A stretch of 64,000 bases of DNA from Epiperipatus broadwayi (lineage: Eukaryota > Animalia > Onychophora), in contig JAQFVV010000006.1 of NCBI GenBank assembly GCA_028023455.1, forward strand, positions 18,972,001 through 19,036,000. The letters run 5' to 3'. This document shows positions 1 through 12,899 of this stretch, piece by piece. How positions within the stretch are numbered: position 1 is the stretch's first letter; each line of letters starts with the position of its first letter. The position numbers were made by a program, and so were the translations under genes. The notes under the pieces are model-generated. The model did no database searches, was not told the DNA's origin, and saw only the letters and a program-made list of their open reading frames with translations.

Positions 1-119
1 AAGTCATCTATTTATATTGAAAAGATTCAGCAGCAAATTGGTTTAATTAAATTCAAGCGAATCAATAATTATAACCTTAAGAGACAAAAAGACAAGTTTA
101 TATCTAGCATTTTGAAAAA

Positions 120-1530
120 ATATACCCGTCAGCTATCGTCACTCCACACATATTTGTAAAAGGAAAATTCCACAAGCAGAACTATCTAATCTTTCAAAAG
201 AAAACTATCTAGACTTATGATCGACTTTGGCAGAGCATAATATAACCTAGCAACCAAAATGGTTGCAAAGTGTTTGCAATCTGAACTTGGTTTCAGAAAG
301 TTGACAATTAAATCATCTTTTGATTTTGTTAATATTATTAAAAATGTAAATATTTGTGAATAGTTCAGAATGGCTTCTTTCGTTATGACCGAGCTCTACA
401 GGTCAGTCAATTGTGTAGGCCAATTAATATTATACATAAACTACTGAAGCATAGCACGGTTAGCGATAAGAGGATACAGTTTATCATGGACATGTGGGGT
501 TTTAACAAGAATCTGCATGCATTGTGTAGGGATGAATCTTTTCTTATGAACACAAATTGACCCATGGGTTTATCAATTAAATGACATGATTTTTTAGCTT
601 GCAGTGGATTTTATTGAGAATGAGATCATTCTGCCTTTCTTGGACACTGATAGGAATATGACATACACAAGAAATGTGGATGATGGATTTGTTTGTGTTG
701 ACACTGAACTCATCCAAGAGATGTTTAACAAATTGAAACTATTCCCAGAAATTAAATAAAACATGGACGAAGAGGACAGTGGTTATACTATCAAATTTCT
801 AGATTTGAGATTGACAAGGCAAAATCAAACTATTGATTATTCAATGATTATTAAATCTCCTAGCATCAGGGGTTACTTGCACCCACAATCTGGGATCCTA
901 TTCTGATATAAAATGGCAAGTTTTAAAGCCTTTTTATCTAAAAATAAAAAACTAAATTCAAAGCAGTTAGAAGAGATAATATAGAATGCTACAGAAAGGA
1001 CTTGATTAGGGTTGACTACCCAAGCACCATGCTTGACAAACAAGGATATTTCACAATGCACATACATCTAGTGATACACCTAACACTAAGCCATGGATTG
1101 ACATATTGTATATCCCTAATATACACTCATCCATTTTGTACTCTGACTTTAATATTGGCTTCAGATGCCATACACTTATCAATAATTCTAACGATAGTAT
1201 TAATCGCAAAGACAAACTCAATTAGTTTATGCCCTGGATTGCAAATTTTGCCATGAAGAAACCTATGTAAACCTAAAATGTAGAATAACCCCAGCATGTT
1301 TACTTATACAATAGAATCAAATCCAGCAACGCATATAGCTCAGTATTTATTGACCATGAAAATCATACTGGTCATTCTTTCAAACTTGCCAATGCTAAAA
1401 TTGTCTAACTTGAAGATAATTAAAAAAAAAGGGGAAATAAAAAAAGCTTGGTGTATTATCAACTCCCAAAACTCTACAAACATAAGTGCTAATAGAATTC
1501 CTCTCACTAAACACTGCATTTAATACAACA
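120..1530 (+). mobile_element. Decayed Penelope-like retroelement (RT + C-terminal GIY-YIG endonuclease)
   Basis: Broken frames give PLE-type motifs in order: PHIFVKGKFHK, SSFDFVNIIK, PMG, YTRNVDDGFV (~665-700), IKFLDLRLTR, LVYALDCKFCHEETYV (~1220-1270, GIY-YIG VY..C..C), DHENHTGHSF, KAWCII. Many stops and frameshifts; ends approximate. Confidence 0.85.
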
Positions 1531-1649
1531 TAGCGTGAAGTTTTTCGCATGCAAATTTATAATAATTAAGAGCCAGCTTAATTTACATTTTATACATAGA
1601 GGAATATGGCTAATACTTTACTATTTCATTTTTTGACCATGCTACCGTA

Positions 1650-4065
1650 TAAAAAGCCTGGCTTAGTAAATAATAAAATTTTAGATTTAAATTTATTACT
1701 GTATTTGAGTTTCAATTTTTCTTACATATTTTATTGTCAATTTGTACTTTACTTAAATTTAATGTTTGTGATCTATTTACATTTTGTGACTTATTGACAT
1801 TTTAAGACTTTTACACTTGGCATTTTGAGTTCAAATTAAGTAATTATTGAGGTTTATGTATGACAGATAATTTATTTACAACATTTAATTTACATTTTGT
1901 CTGTTTTACTGTCTTTAACAACTTTGTTTTCTTTAGGTTGAACTATTTTTGGAACTAGTTGTCCTCTTTTTGGGTGCCCAGCCAATACATAATTTTTTTG
2001 TTCTGTCTTTACTGAAACTCTCATCAATCTTCTAACTACACTGCCGAGTTACCCTTTTGATATTCTTACAGTAGCGACAGTTGAATAGAATCATATTCTG
2101 ATTTTTCTTCTTCAGACATTTTAATAAAAAGATCATTCAATTTAATAGAGTTGTCTTTTAAATTAACATCTGTGCAGTTTTTTTCTTTTTTAGTTTTAAT
2201 ATCTCTTCTAATGCAGAATCAGTTTTAGTTTCTCTTTGTTATCTATGCACCTCATAAGTTTTAATTCTTCAGCGGCTTCTATCTTCATAAATTTCAAATT
2301 TTTTCTGCTAGATTTATTTTTTTCATTTTTTATATTACTTTTAACTACTATCATTGGATATAAAGTTTCTTCTATTTTTATTTCTTTCTCTGATTGAAGT
2401 GTTTACTTCTTTTCTGATTGAAATATATTAAGCTATTTTTCTGCTTTAACAATATTACATTCTTTTTCTGTTAAAATATCAATTTTTTTTCTCTTTTTAA
2501 TTATCTGAATTTTATTCTGATTTAATTTCATCTGAAGCTTGTTCTTTTTTTAATTATGTTACATATAACTTTTTCATTTTTAATTTCTTTCATATCCTTT
2601 TCAATTTAATTGTAGTTTCACTCTTATCTGTTTTAGCTATACTTGCATCATTTTCTGTCTTGGTGACAATTGATTTGTAATCTGTTTAACTTCATTCACT
2701 TCTTTTTTTACTTCTGATTTCACAATAACAGAATTAGTATTGGGTATTTCACTTTCCAGTTTACTATTTTGAGAATCATTTTTCAGAATGTTTTTCTGAT
2801 TTTATATTTGGTTTCTTTCTAGTTTCAGGTTCTGAAACTTTTTTTGATTTTACATCTGATTTATTTTTAGTTTTATATTCTATTTTGTCTGGTTCTAATT
2901 GTAAAGGTTTATCAAATGATTCTCAAGTGATTCTGTTTTAATATTATTAACAATTTTTGAAGACTTTTTTCATAATTAAATAACCTTTTGTGATGTCTTC
3001 AGTATCAGATGACGCTGACTTGTTTATAGATTTATAATTATGAGATTTACAATCATCACTGTTCTTATCCAACACATCATTGAGACTACTTCCATTTTCT
3101 AAAAAATTATGTACTTCACAATTAGTCTTTTTTAATCTTGTTAATCTCTACAATTTTATCAGACTATAATTTCAGACCATATTTTTTTTTAATTTTGAAC
3201 TGTTATCATTATTTGACATTGGAATTAATTCATTCTCCAGTTCTTTATTTCTTTTGGTTATAGTGGTGACGCTAACTGGAATATTTTCTTTTATATTTTC
3301 TTTGTGCAAATTATATCTTCCTGCTGAGATTCTGAATTTTCTACCAAATTTTTAGCCTCTTTCTTCTTTGTATTAGTACTATCTTCTTTTGTTATTTATT
3401 CTTTTCCATCATATTCAGAGTTTCCAGAATTGCTTATTAAAGAATCATTCTGAAGTTGTTTCTTTGGTTTCCTGAATAATCTTTATCTATAGTATTGTCC
3501 ACATTGCCATCTGTTGTAAGTTCTTTTTGGTTTTTCAATAGAAGCTGGAAAAGTATTGATTAAAATGTCCAACTGTTCATGATTACCGGTCTTTATCATT
3601 CTGCTCTTCACTATATATCCATACTGGGAGATCTTTATCTAACTGAAACCACTATATTATCCCACTAGAATCTCAACCAATTAGAAGCCTCGGCCTCAGA
3701 CTTGATAACCTCATTCTTGAAAGTGATGTTGTTATCAAACAGACAATCACATAATGTCTTGAGCAGCATGAGTTTGATGCAAGTTTGCAATTCTTATAAC
3801 CAAACTTTTCCATTTCCCCAAGTATCAACTTAAGAAAATTGATGGAAAAATGTAACTAAATTTTTTTCCCACCATTCGCTACTGACACTTTTTCCCCAAG
3901 TTTTCTTTTTTATATCTATCAACACTGATTTAATTTCTTTCTGGTCTTCTAAATAATTCTGAAGCTTTGCAATAGAAAGGTCTGGAAAATCTACAAGTGC
4001 CCCATGATACTTTACCATAAATGAACAAATAATGGATAAATACTCATACTAGCAGTGTCAATTAG
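1650..4065 (-). pseudogene. RSF1: Processed (intronless) RSF1 pseudogene, 5' part: N-terminal DDT/WHIM-like region plus charged linker, no PHD finger seen
   Basis: Minus strand reads ICSFMVKYHGALVDFPDLSIAKLQNYL...GKSVSSEWWEKNL...WEMEKFGY...LKTLCDCLFDNNITFKNEV...WFQLDKDLPVWIYSEEQNDKD, matching recalled RSF1 (VCSFLERYGPLLDLPEL...GKSVTADRWEKYL...WEMEKKGY...LKYLCECQFDDNLKFKN...WYQLDQDHNVRMYIEEQDDQD). Multiple stops and frameshifts. The 3' boundary (1650-1900) is uncertain. Confidence 0.85.
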
Positions 4066-4084
4066 ACTTACAGTAATATGAGCA

Positions 4085-4735
4085 ATGAATGCAAACAAAA
4101 TTATGTCCTCATGCCTGAATATATTCATGTCAAGATGAACAAAATCAATTCTGATTGGACAAAAATCTTGCACAATATGCAACCAGCTTCAGAAACTGTT
4201 CGAAATCAAGCAACTGCCCGCTGTAACTTCCAAACCATCACCTTGGTCACATTTTGACCAGTGTATAATCAATTATGTGATTGGTTATTGCTTTTGGATC
4301 ACATGCTTCACTTGTAGATTGTAATAGTTGGTGATCTAGCTGAAATCCAGGAAATGATTAATAAACAAAAGAATGTGTTGCATGATTTGTATCAAAAGCA
4401 GACTCAACTTGATGAGATTCTAAGCATTGCAGAACACCTAAATAATAACAGAGTTTGAAAGCACTGCAGGATAAAGTTGAACAGTTCAGGGAGAGCTGGG
4501 AAGATGCTAATGCCAAAATAAAGTTTAAAAAAAAAAGTAACTGGATATCATGTTGGCAGATAGTAGAGGTTTTCATGGTATGAGAGAATCATTTGAAAAA
4601 TGGTTAACTCAAGCTGAGAAAAAATTGACTACTATGAGTGTGGTATGACAGACTGTGGATGTTTTAGCTCAGCTTGGAACATAAGATTTTCCAGGAAGAA
4701 ATAGACCAGTGTCGCTTTGTTTGCTATCATAAATT
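4085..4735 (+). pseudogene. DMD: Intronless internal fragment of a dystrophin/utrophin mRNA (hinge 3 to spectrin repeats ~20-21)
   Basis: Translates QTITLVT...QLCDWLLLLDHML.L.IVIVGDLAEIQEMINKQKNVLHDLYQKQTQLDEILSIAEHL...QLDIMLADSR, versus recalled dystrophin TQTVTLVT...ELTDWLSLLDQVIKSQRVMVGDLEDINEMIIKQKATMQDLEQRRPQLEELITAAQNL...QLNEMLKDST. Contains stops and frameshifts. Confidence 0.85.
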
Positions 4736-4739
4736 CCTG

Positions 4740-5800
4740 AGAAAATTTGAATGTGTTGGGCTCCTAGTTGGAAGAGATATATCATTTCCTTTGTCTTCAT
4801 CTCTAAATAATTATGCAGAATAATTTTGGATTCTTAACTTCAGAAACAATGGGTTCTTCATCACTATGAATTATAAACTATGATTATTAGAAAGTTTATG
4901 ATTACTATAAATTTTTAGATAGTGAAATAAGTTGACCGAGGAACCAGATTCATCTGAATTATTGCTGTGATCTGAATCATGAATTTCATTTTTTTTAACC
5001 CAATTCAGGCTCTTCTTTACACAAAATAGGCTTAAAAAGAGGAATATTCTCATTGCTATCTTAACTTTGCAGACTAATGCTTGTAATCCTTGGTTTTTCA
5101 CTTTCAAAACTTAAATGATCATTTTTAAACCTCCCATCTGGAAGACTTCACAAATCAAAAATATGACCAAAACTACGAGATCATTTCCTTGATGGAGAAC
5201 AAAACTTGTTCTTATTTTTCAGAATCAGCTGTATGGCTTAAATAATGAACACAAAAACTGGAGTGATGCTTTTTAATGTTGATATGTTTATGCTTTGTTT
5301 AAGAACATGATCACAAACTTCAATATTAGCTTCTTCATATTTAGCATTGTTTTCTATTCAATTGGTGACCCAAGAACAACTTCACACAGCTGAATGACAC
5401 AGTAGAAATAAGGTCCATGTTGAATACATACCTTTAAAACATCAACTAGATTCATTCTTCTCGATGGATTTGCATCATGCACACTTCTTAAAATAAGCTG
5501 AAGACTATGACTTAACTTTCTATGCTTATGGTGTTCAATTTCACACTCAGTTCCATATTGCAGCATTTTACCTAAGGGGAAAAAACCTCAAATTTCTGCC
5601 ACTTTTATGATGATAAGCTCAAATTCTCAATGAATGTGAACAGATCAAACTTAGCTCTTTTGGAAATCTATACAAGCAATCATTTGGATGATTAAAGAGA
5701 CAATTACGGGATTGGTAAAATTATTCAAAAGCAAATTTCATAGGAAATATAACGGTCATCTCCAGAATTCAAATTGACTATTTCATACATCATTTTTGTT
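4740..5800 (-). pseudogene. Intronless fragment of a KIND-domain protein gene (PTPN13/FRMPD2-like)
   Basis: ORF 5566-5354 and flank, LGKMLQYGTECEI...KLSHSLQLILRSVHDANPSRRMNLVDVLKVCIQH..CVIQLCEVVLGS, aligns with the recalled PTPN13 KIND C-half LGMTLYWGADYEV...KLGDHLNSILLGMCEDVIYARVSVRTVLDACSAH..YVKHLVKLVLGN. It is followed by S/D/N-rich linker; disrupted. Confidence 0.65.
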
Positions 5801-6089
5801 TGGAATATAGCTAATATATTAAAGGGAATGCTGGAAAAATAGTTTGGATATAAAAAAAATCAGACTTAAAAAAATAACTCTATATAATATTGTGGCTGCA
5901 GAACGGAGTTTGTTATTAACTGAAAGGAGATGCTTTGATTCCTCTTGGAGGCCTTAAAGGAACCAAGCAAGGCAAATTTCCTAATATCCACTCCATATGT
6001 TCTTGTCGTTGCAGCTGTTATTACTATGTGATTATTCTATAGTATACGAACATGGATAGGCTGCTCACCAACACGCATTAGCCAGCATG

Positions 6090-9055
6090 GTGAGTTTATT
6101 GGCTTTTTACCTCCGAGTTTATGAATATCTTTTCCAATATATACAATCATGACAGACAAAAATAAATCATGGCCCTTATTCCCAGGAAGCGGTTGGTGAC
6201 TGAAGGAGGAGGATGCTAAGAATCCCCTGATTGCGGACCCAGGCTGCTATTTGATGAGCTTTTATTTAGGTACTTGCAAACTGCAAATCACTTTCAAGTG
6301 AAGAAAGATTGCAAGAATTAGAAGAATTATCATATTAAATGGGACATTATTGGAGTTTGTGAAGTTAAAAGAAAAGATGAAGAGACAATTGATTTAAAAA
6401 GTGGGCATGTACTCTACTATAAAGGTATAAATTTTGGAAATATGAGTGGAGTAGGATTCATTATAAATAAAAAGTGGAAGAACAACATTGTGGAGATTGA
6501 TGGTGTATCGGACAGAGTGGCAAGATTAATTATACAACTTAATAGCACATACCAAATGCACATAATTTAGGTTTATGCCCCAACAAGTTCTCATAGTGAT
6601 GAAGTAGTTGAAGATTTTTATATATGGATGTACAAAAGGCTTTTGATCAAAGTAAACATTTTAAAATTGTTATGGGAGACTTTAATGCTAGAATTGGTAA
6701 ACAAATGAAGGATGAAAGTGCTGTAGGTAATTTTGGTTATGGTAATAGAAGTGAGAGAGGACATAAACTTGGAGTTTCCAGAAAAAGAAAAACTTTATAT
6801 TATGAATTCTTTTTTTTGAGAAAAACGCTAAAAGGAAATGGATATGGAAGCATCCAAATGAAGGTACAGCAGAATTGGATTAAATTTTGACCAACAGAAA
6901 ATACATATTTCAAGATTGTAATGTTCTTAATAAATTTAATACAGGAAGTGATCATCGATTAGTAAGACGTAAGATACGTGTTAATGCCAAACTAGAGAGA
7001 CAAAAATTATTAAGAAAAACAATATTTACAGTTGATATTCCTAATCTTCAGAAACATTCTAGTGAATTAAAATTTAAGAACTTACAAATCGGTTTGAAGT
7101 ATTAGTAGATTTTGAACATGATTCAAATTTGAATAAAATTAATATGAAAATAACTGATACACTTTTAAAAACTGCAACAAAGATAGCTGGTAGAAAAAAA
7201 CAGCAACTGGCCAATAAAATTTCTAGTGAGACTAGAGAATTTATGAAGAAAAGAAGGAATATGAAGATAGACTAGAGAATTTATGAAGAAAAGAAGGAAT
7301 ATGAAGATATACAAAAATGATGCATTAAATATGATTGAATATCTCGAATTTTCTACAATGATGGAGAAAAGAATTGAAAAATGATATAAGAAATACTTAA
7401 CTGTGAACTAGCAAGGAAAGCTGTAGAAGAGAATAAAAGTCTCAAGAGTGTAAAACAAAATTTTGGTATTGGTAGGAAATTTATATCTGCAATAAGAAAA
7501 AAGATGGAATTATTATTAAAACGAGAGATGACATCATGAAATGGGTAAAAGACTTTTATCAAGAATTATATAGTAATAAAAAACAAATACGTCCTATATC
7601 TATTACATTCCGAATTGCCCAGAATTTTAAATGAAGTGAGACATGCAATTCAATGTATGAAGAAAGGAAAGGCTCCAGGTAATGATGGAATCTATAATTG
7701 ATATATTAAAAGAAGCAGGTCAAGAAATAGAAAAATTTTTAACCAAGTTATATACCAAATGTCTAAATGATAAAGATGTACCAGATGATTGGAAGAACGC
7801 AGTATTAATATTAATATTTAAAAAAAGGTGATAAAGAAGATATTAGAAATTACAGACCCAGCAGCTTTTTATCAGTTTTTTACAAAATTTTTACCAAGAT
7901 AATTACAACTTGTCTACAGAGAACATTGGATTTCCACCAACCAAGAGAACAAGCTGGATTTAAAATTGGTTTTAGTACAGTAGATCATATCCAGGTATCG
8001 AGAGAAGTTATAGAGAAGGGCAAATGAATATGAGTTGCTATTATGCTTTGGATTTGTAGATTATGAAAAGGCATTTGATTCTATAAACATTTCTTCAGGA
8101 TTAAAGCATTGGATCATCAAGGCATAGATCCAGGATATTGTCATATTTTAAAGAATATTTATAAAAATGCAACAGCAACAATTAAATTTAATAATGATAC
8201 TTGGAAAGTCAACATTGAGAAGGGTATAAGACGGTGACTCCATATATCCCAAACTTTTTACAGCAGTGCTGCAAGAAGTATTTTGTGGATTAAAATAGGA
8301 AGCTAAAGGAATTAAAGTAAATGGAGATTATTTAAGTCATTTAGATTTTCCAGATGATGTAGTTGTTTTTGCAAATAATGCTTTAGAGCTGCAGGAAATG
8401 TTGCAGGAGTTATCAGATGAAAGTAGGATTAAAGATAAATGTTAAAAAGACTAAAGTAATGTTTAATGGATTTTCTCAAAATATGAAAATAAAGATCGAC
8501 TATGATGAGTTAGTAATAATTAAGTTACAAATACCTTGGTCATATTATTAATACAGGTGGAAACATAATGGATGAAATTAATCATAGAATTAAGCTTGGT
8601 TGGAGTGCTTTTGATAGAAATAATTTGATACTAAAAGGAAATATGCCCATGTGTTTGAAAAGGTTTTTAATAAATGTGATTTATTAGGTCTTACTTATGG
8701 ATCTGAGACTTGAACACTTAATAGAAGAGCAATACAGAGACTTCAGACCAATCAAAGAAAGTATGGAGAGATGTATGTTAGGAGTAACAAGAAGAGATAG
8801 AAAACAATATATGAGTGAAAGAACAAACAGGTGTTACTGATCTTATTGAAAAAATTAAAAGACTAGAATTGGGCCAGACAAATTGCTAGAAACGATAATA
8901 GATGGACAATTGAAATCTTAAACTGGATTCCAAGAGATTGTAAAAGACCCAGAAAGAGACCACATGTGAGATGGATGGATGAAATAAGAAAGTGTGCAGA
9001 GGTGACATGGAGAAGAGAAGCTAAAGATCGGAGAAGATGGTTTGAACTTGGATCA
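6090..9055 (+). mobile_element. Near full-length decayed RTE-clade LINE (family A; APE + RT)
   Basis: ATG at ~6149. APE motifs WDIIGVCEV, GVGFII, VYAPTS, MGDFNARIG, GSDHRLV. RT motifs GKAPGNDG, NYRP, QPREQAGF, FVDYEKAFDS, HL.FPDDVV, YLG. C-terminal WIPRDCKRPRKRPHVRWMDEI. Includes a 40-bp internal tandem duplication at 7230-7309. Confidence 0.93.
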
Positions 9056-9226
9056 ACGATGATATAGAAGTTAATTTATCAGTTAAAAAAAAAAGTCACC
9101 ACAGAAGTGTTAAGATGCTTTAGTCTGGTGAGTGTTGCAGGTACTATATTCCAAATCAGGAAATTTTATCCAAGAGAAATGTATCACTGCATGGTCATCT
9201 GGTAACTGAAAAGAAATTTTGTCACT

Positions 9227-11199
<1,973 letters not shown>

Positions 11200-12552
11200 C
11201 AAGAAGTTAGTTTTAGTTATGAGCAACTTTTACAGCTACTTTTTATAGTAAGCCATTTATTGCATGGGTGAGGTATGTTTGGGAATAAGCTGTTAAAAAA
11301 CTAAGTCCATTCAGCTTGTGACATCCCTCCTTTCCTTACTATTTCAATGGGATTTGTTGATGAAGTCCAGGGCACTCGTAGGAAAACTTTGTGTAAAGAT
11401 GCTTGCTGGATAGTCCCAAAAATGATGCCATTTAAGCATATCCTGTCTGGAGAGGATAATTTATTCCCTATTGCCAGTATATGCAGTCTAGTTCTAATTT
11501 TGCTATCACGGAAAAATGTTCGCGACAAGTGTGATTGGTAAATAGTGCATCATATGGCATGATGAATGGAAAAAACTGCAGCTATTATGGCTGAAATTTT
11601 TTTTTTGTCAAATTATTTTGTTTTATCTTACTTTTTTTGGGTTTTGTTAATTTTTTTAAAAAAAAAAAGAACTTTAACTTGATTTTTTAAAAAAAAAAAG
11701 AAAGGGAGGATTTTAAAAAATAACACTAAGAAAAAGTTGGAAAAGATCATTGCAATTCTGTGCCCACACATTAAACACAAAATATAAATACACATTATTT
11801 ATGAACTTGTTGAATTACAAAGTCTATAGCCAAATGTATTATACTTTCTCCCTCATTCCACCATATTTACAGAAGTATAAACAACACCACAGACAATGAA
11901 TATGTAAAGTATATGATGGATAGGCAGGTAAAAGACAGTTTATACAAATACTATGAGGTGTTTTGGTTAAGATTTTATTATCTGGTGGGGGGAAAAAAGG
12001 AATAGAACCTAACAAATTTGGTACTTACATAGTTTGCCTGCTGGAAGCTTGCCATCTGTTTTTTTTTTTTAAAAAATAATCCATTTTCAAGGGCTCAGAA
12101 CACATGCTATAAGTTATTGTATTCAATAATTATGTTTTTTTATTTATTAAAATGATAAAGAAACATAAAAGTCCAAAGAGTTGTAATTCAAAAATTTTTT
12201 AATATAAATAAAATTAAAAAAAAAACAACATTTAATATTGAAGCACTCAAATCTGTTGCACACATTTGGCTTCACTTTCTAATAATGTTTGAAACCTCCA
12301 AACATGGGTTCAAACCTAATCATTTAATTATAGACCACTGGGGAGTGAAGGTATACCAATGCACGTGATTGTTTATGTATTTGTAAACTTTAAATTCATT
12401 TAAAATTAATATGCATAAAAACAATTATATATTTTCATTACGGTAAACAATCATGCGTATGTGTGTGTAACAGATAAACTTTAATAATTTAAAGCGTTGC
12501 ATAATGTATATTTTATTCATACATATATTTTAATAGAGAGAAAGTTCGAGAG

Positions 12553-12899
12553 TGTGACGTAAAATTAGTAAATAAAAGACTTACCGTCTTCCAAATTCTA
12601 AAAAAAAATCTGTTTTATTATAATATAGATTTATTTAAACGTCATGTTAGTTAACGTTGATTCCGCAGATCTATTTTCAGCCTAAAGTAGATCAAAACTA
12701 ACTCTCGAACTTAATCTCGTTTGTAGTCCAAAATATGCTGTATCATTGTAGTTATTAAAACATCCGGGAACTACCCATCGGCGGTGACAACGAGTATAAA
12801 TACAACCACATTTTCTAACTAAAGAGGAGACATGTCATTTTTTCTAACGCGTTGCTAAGGGGAAGTCACGCCCCTCTGAACGGTAACATGACGAGCTAG
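12553..12899 (+). mobile_element. Possible LTR (TGTGACG...GGTAACA, 12553-12888) followed by a PBS-like sequence
   Basis: Has TG...CA termini and a TATAAATA inside. It is directly followed by TGACGAGCTAG, resembling a tRNA-Arg PBS (TGGCGAGCCAG). No partner LTR, TSD or coding region found. Confidence 0.3.
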
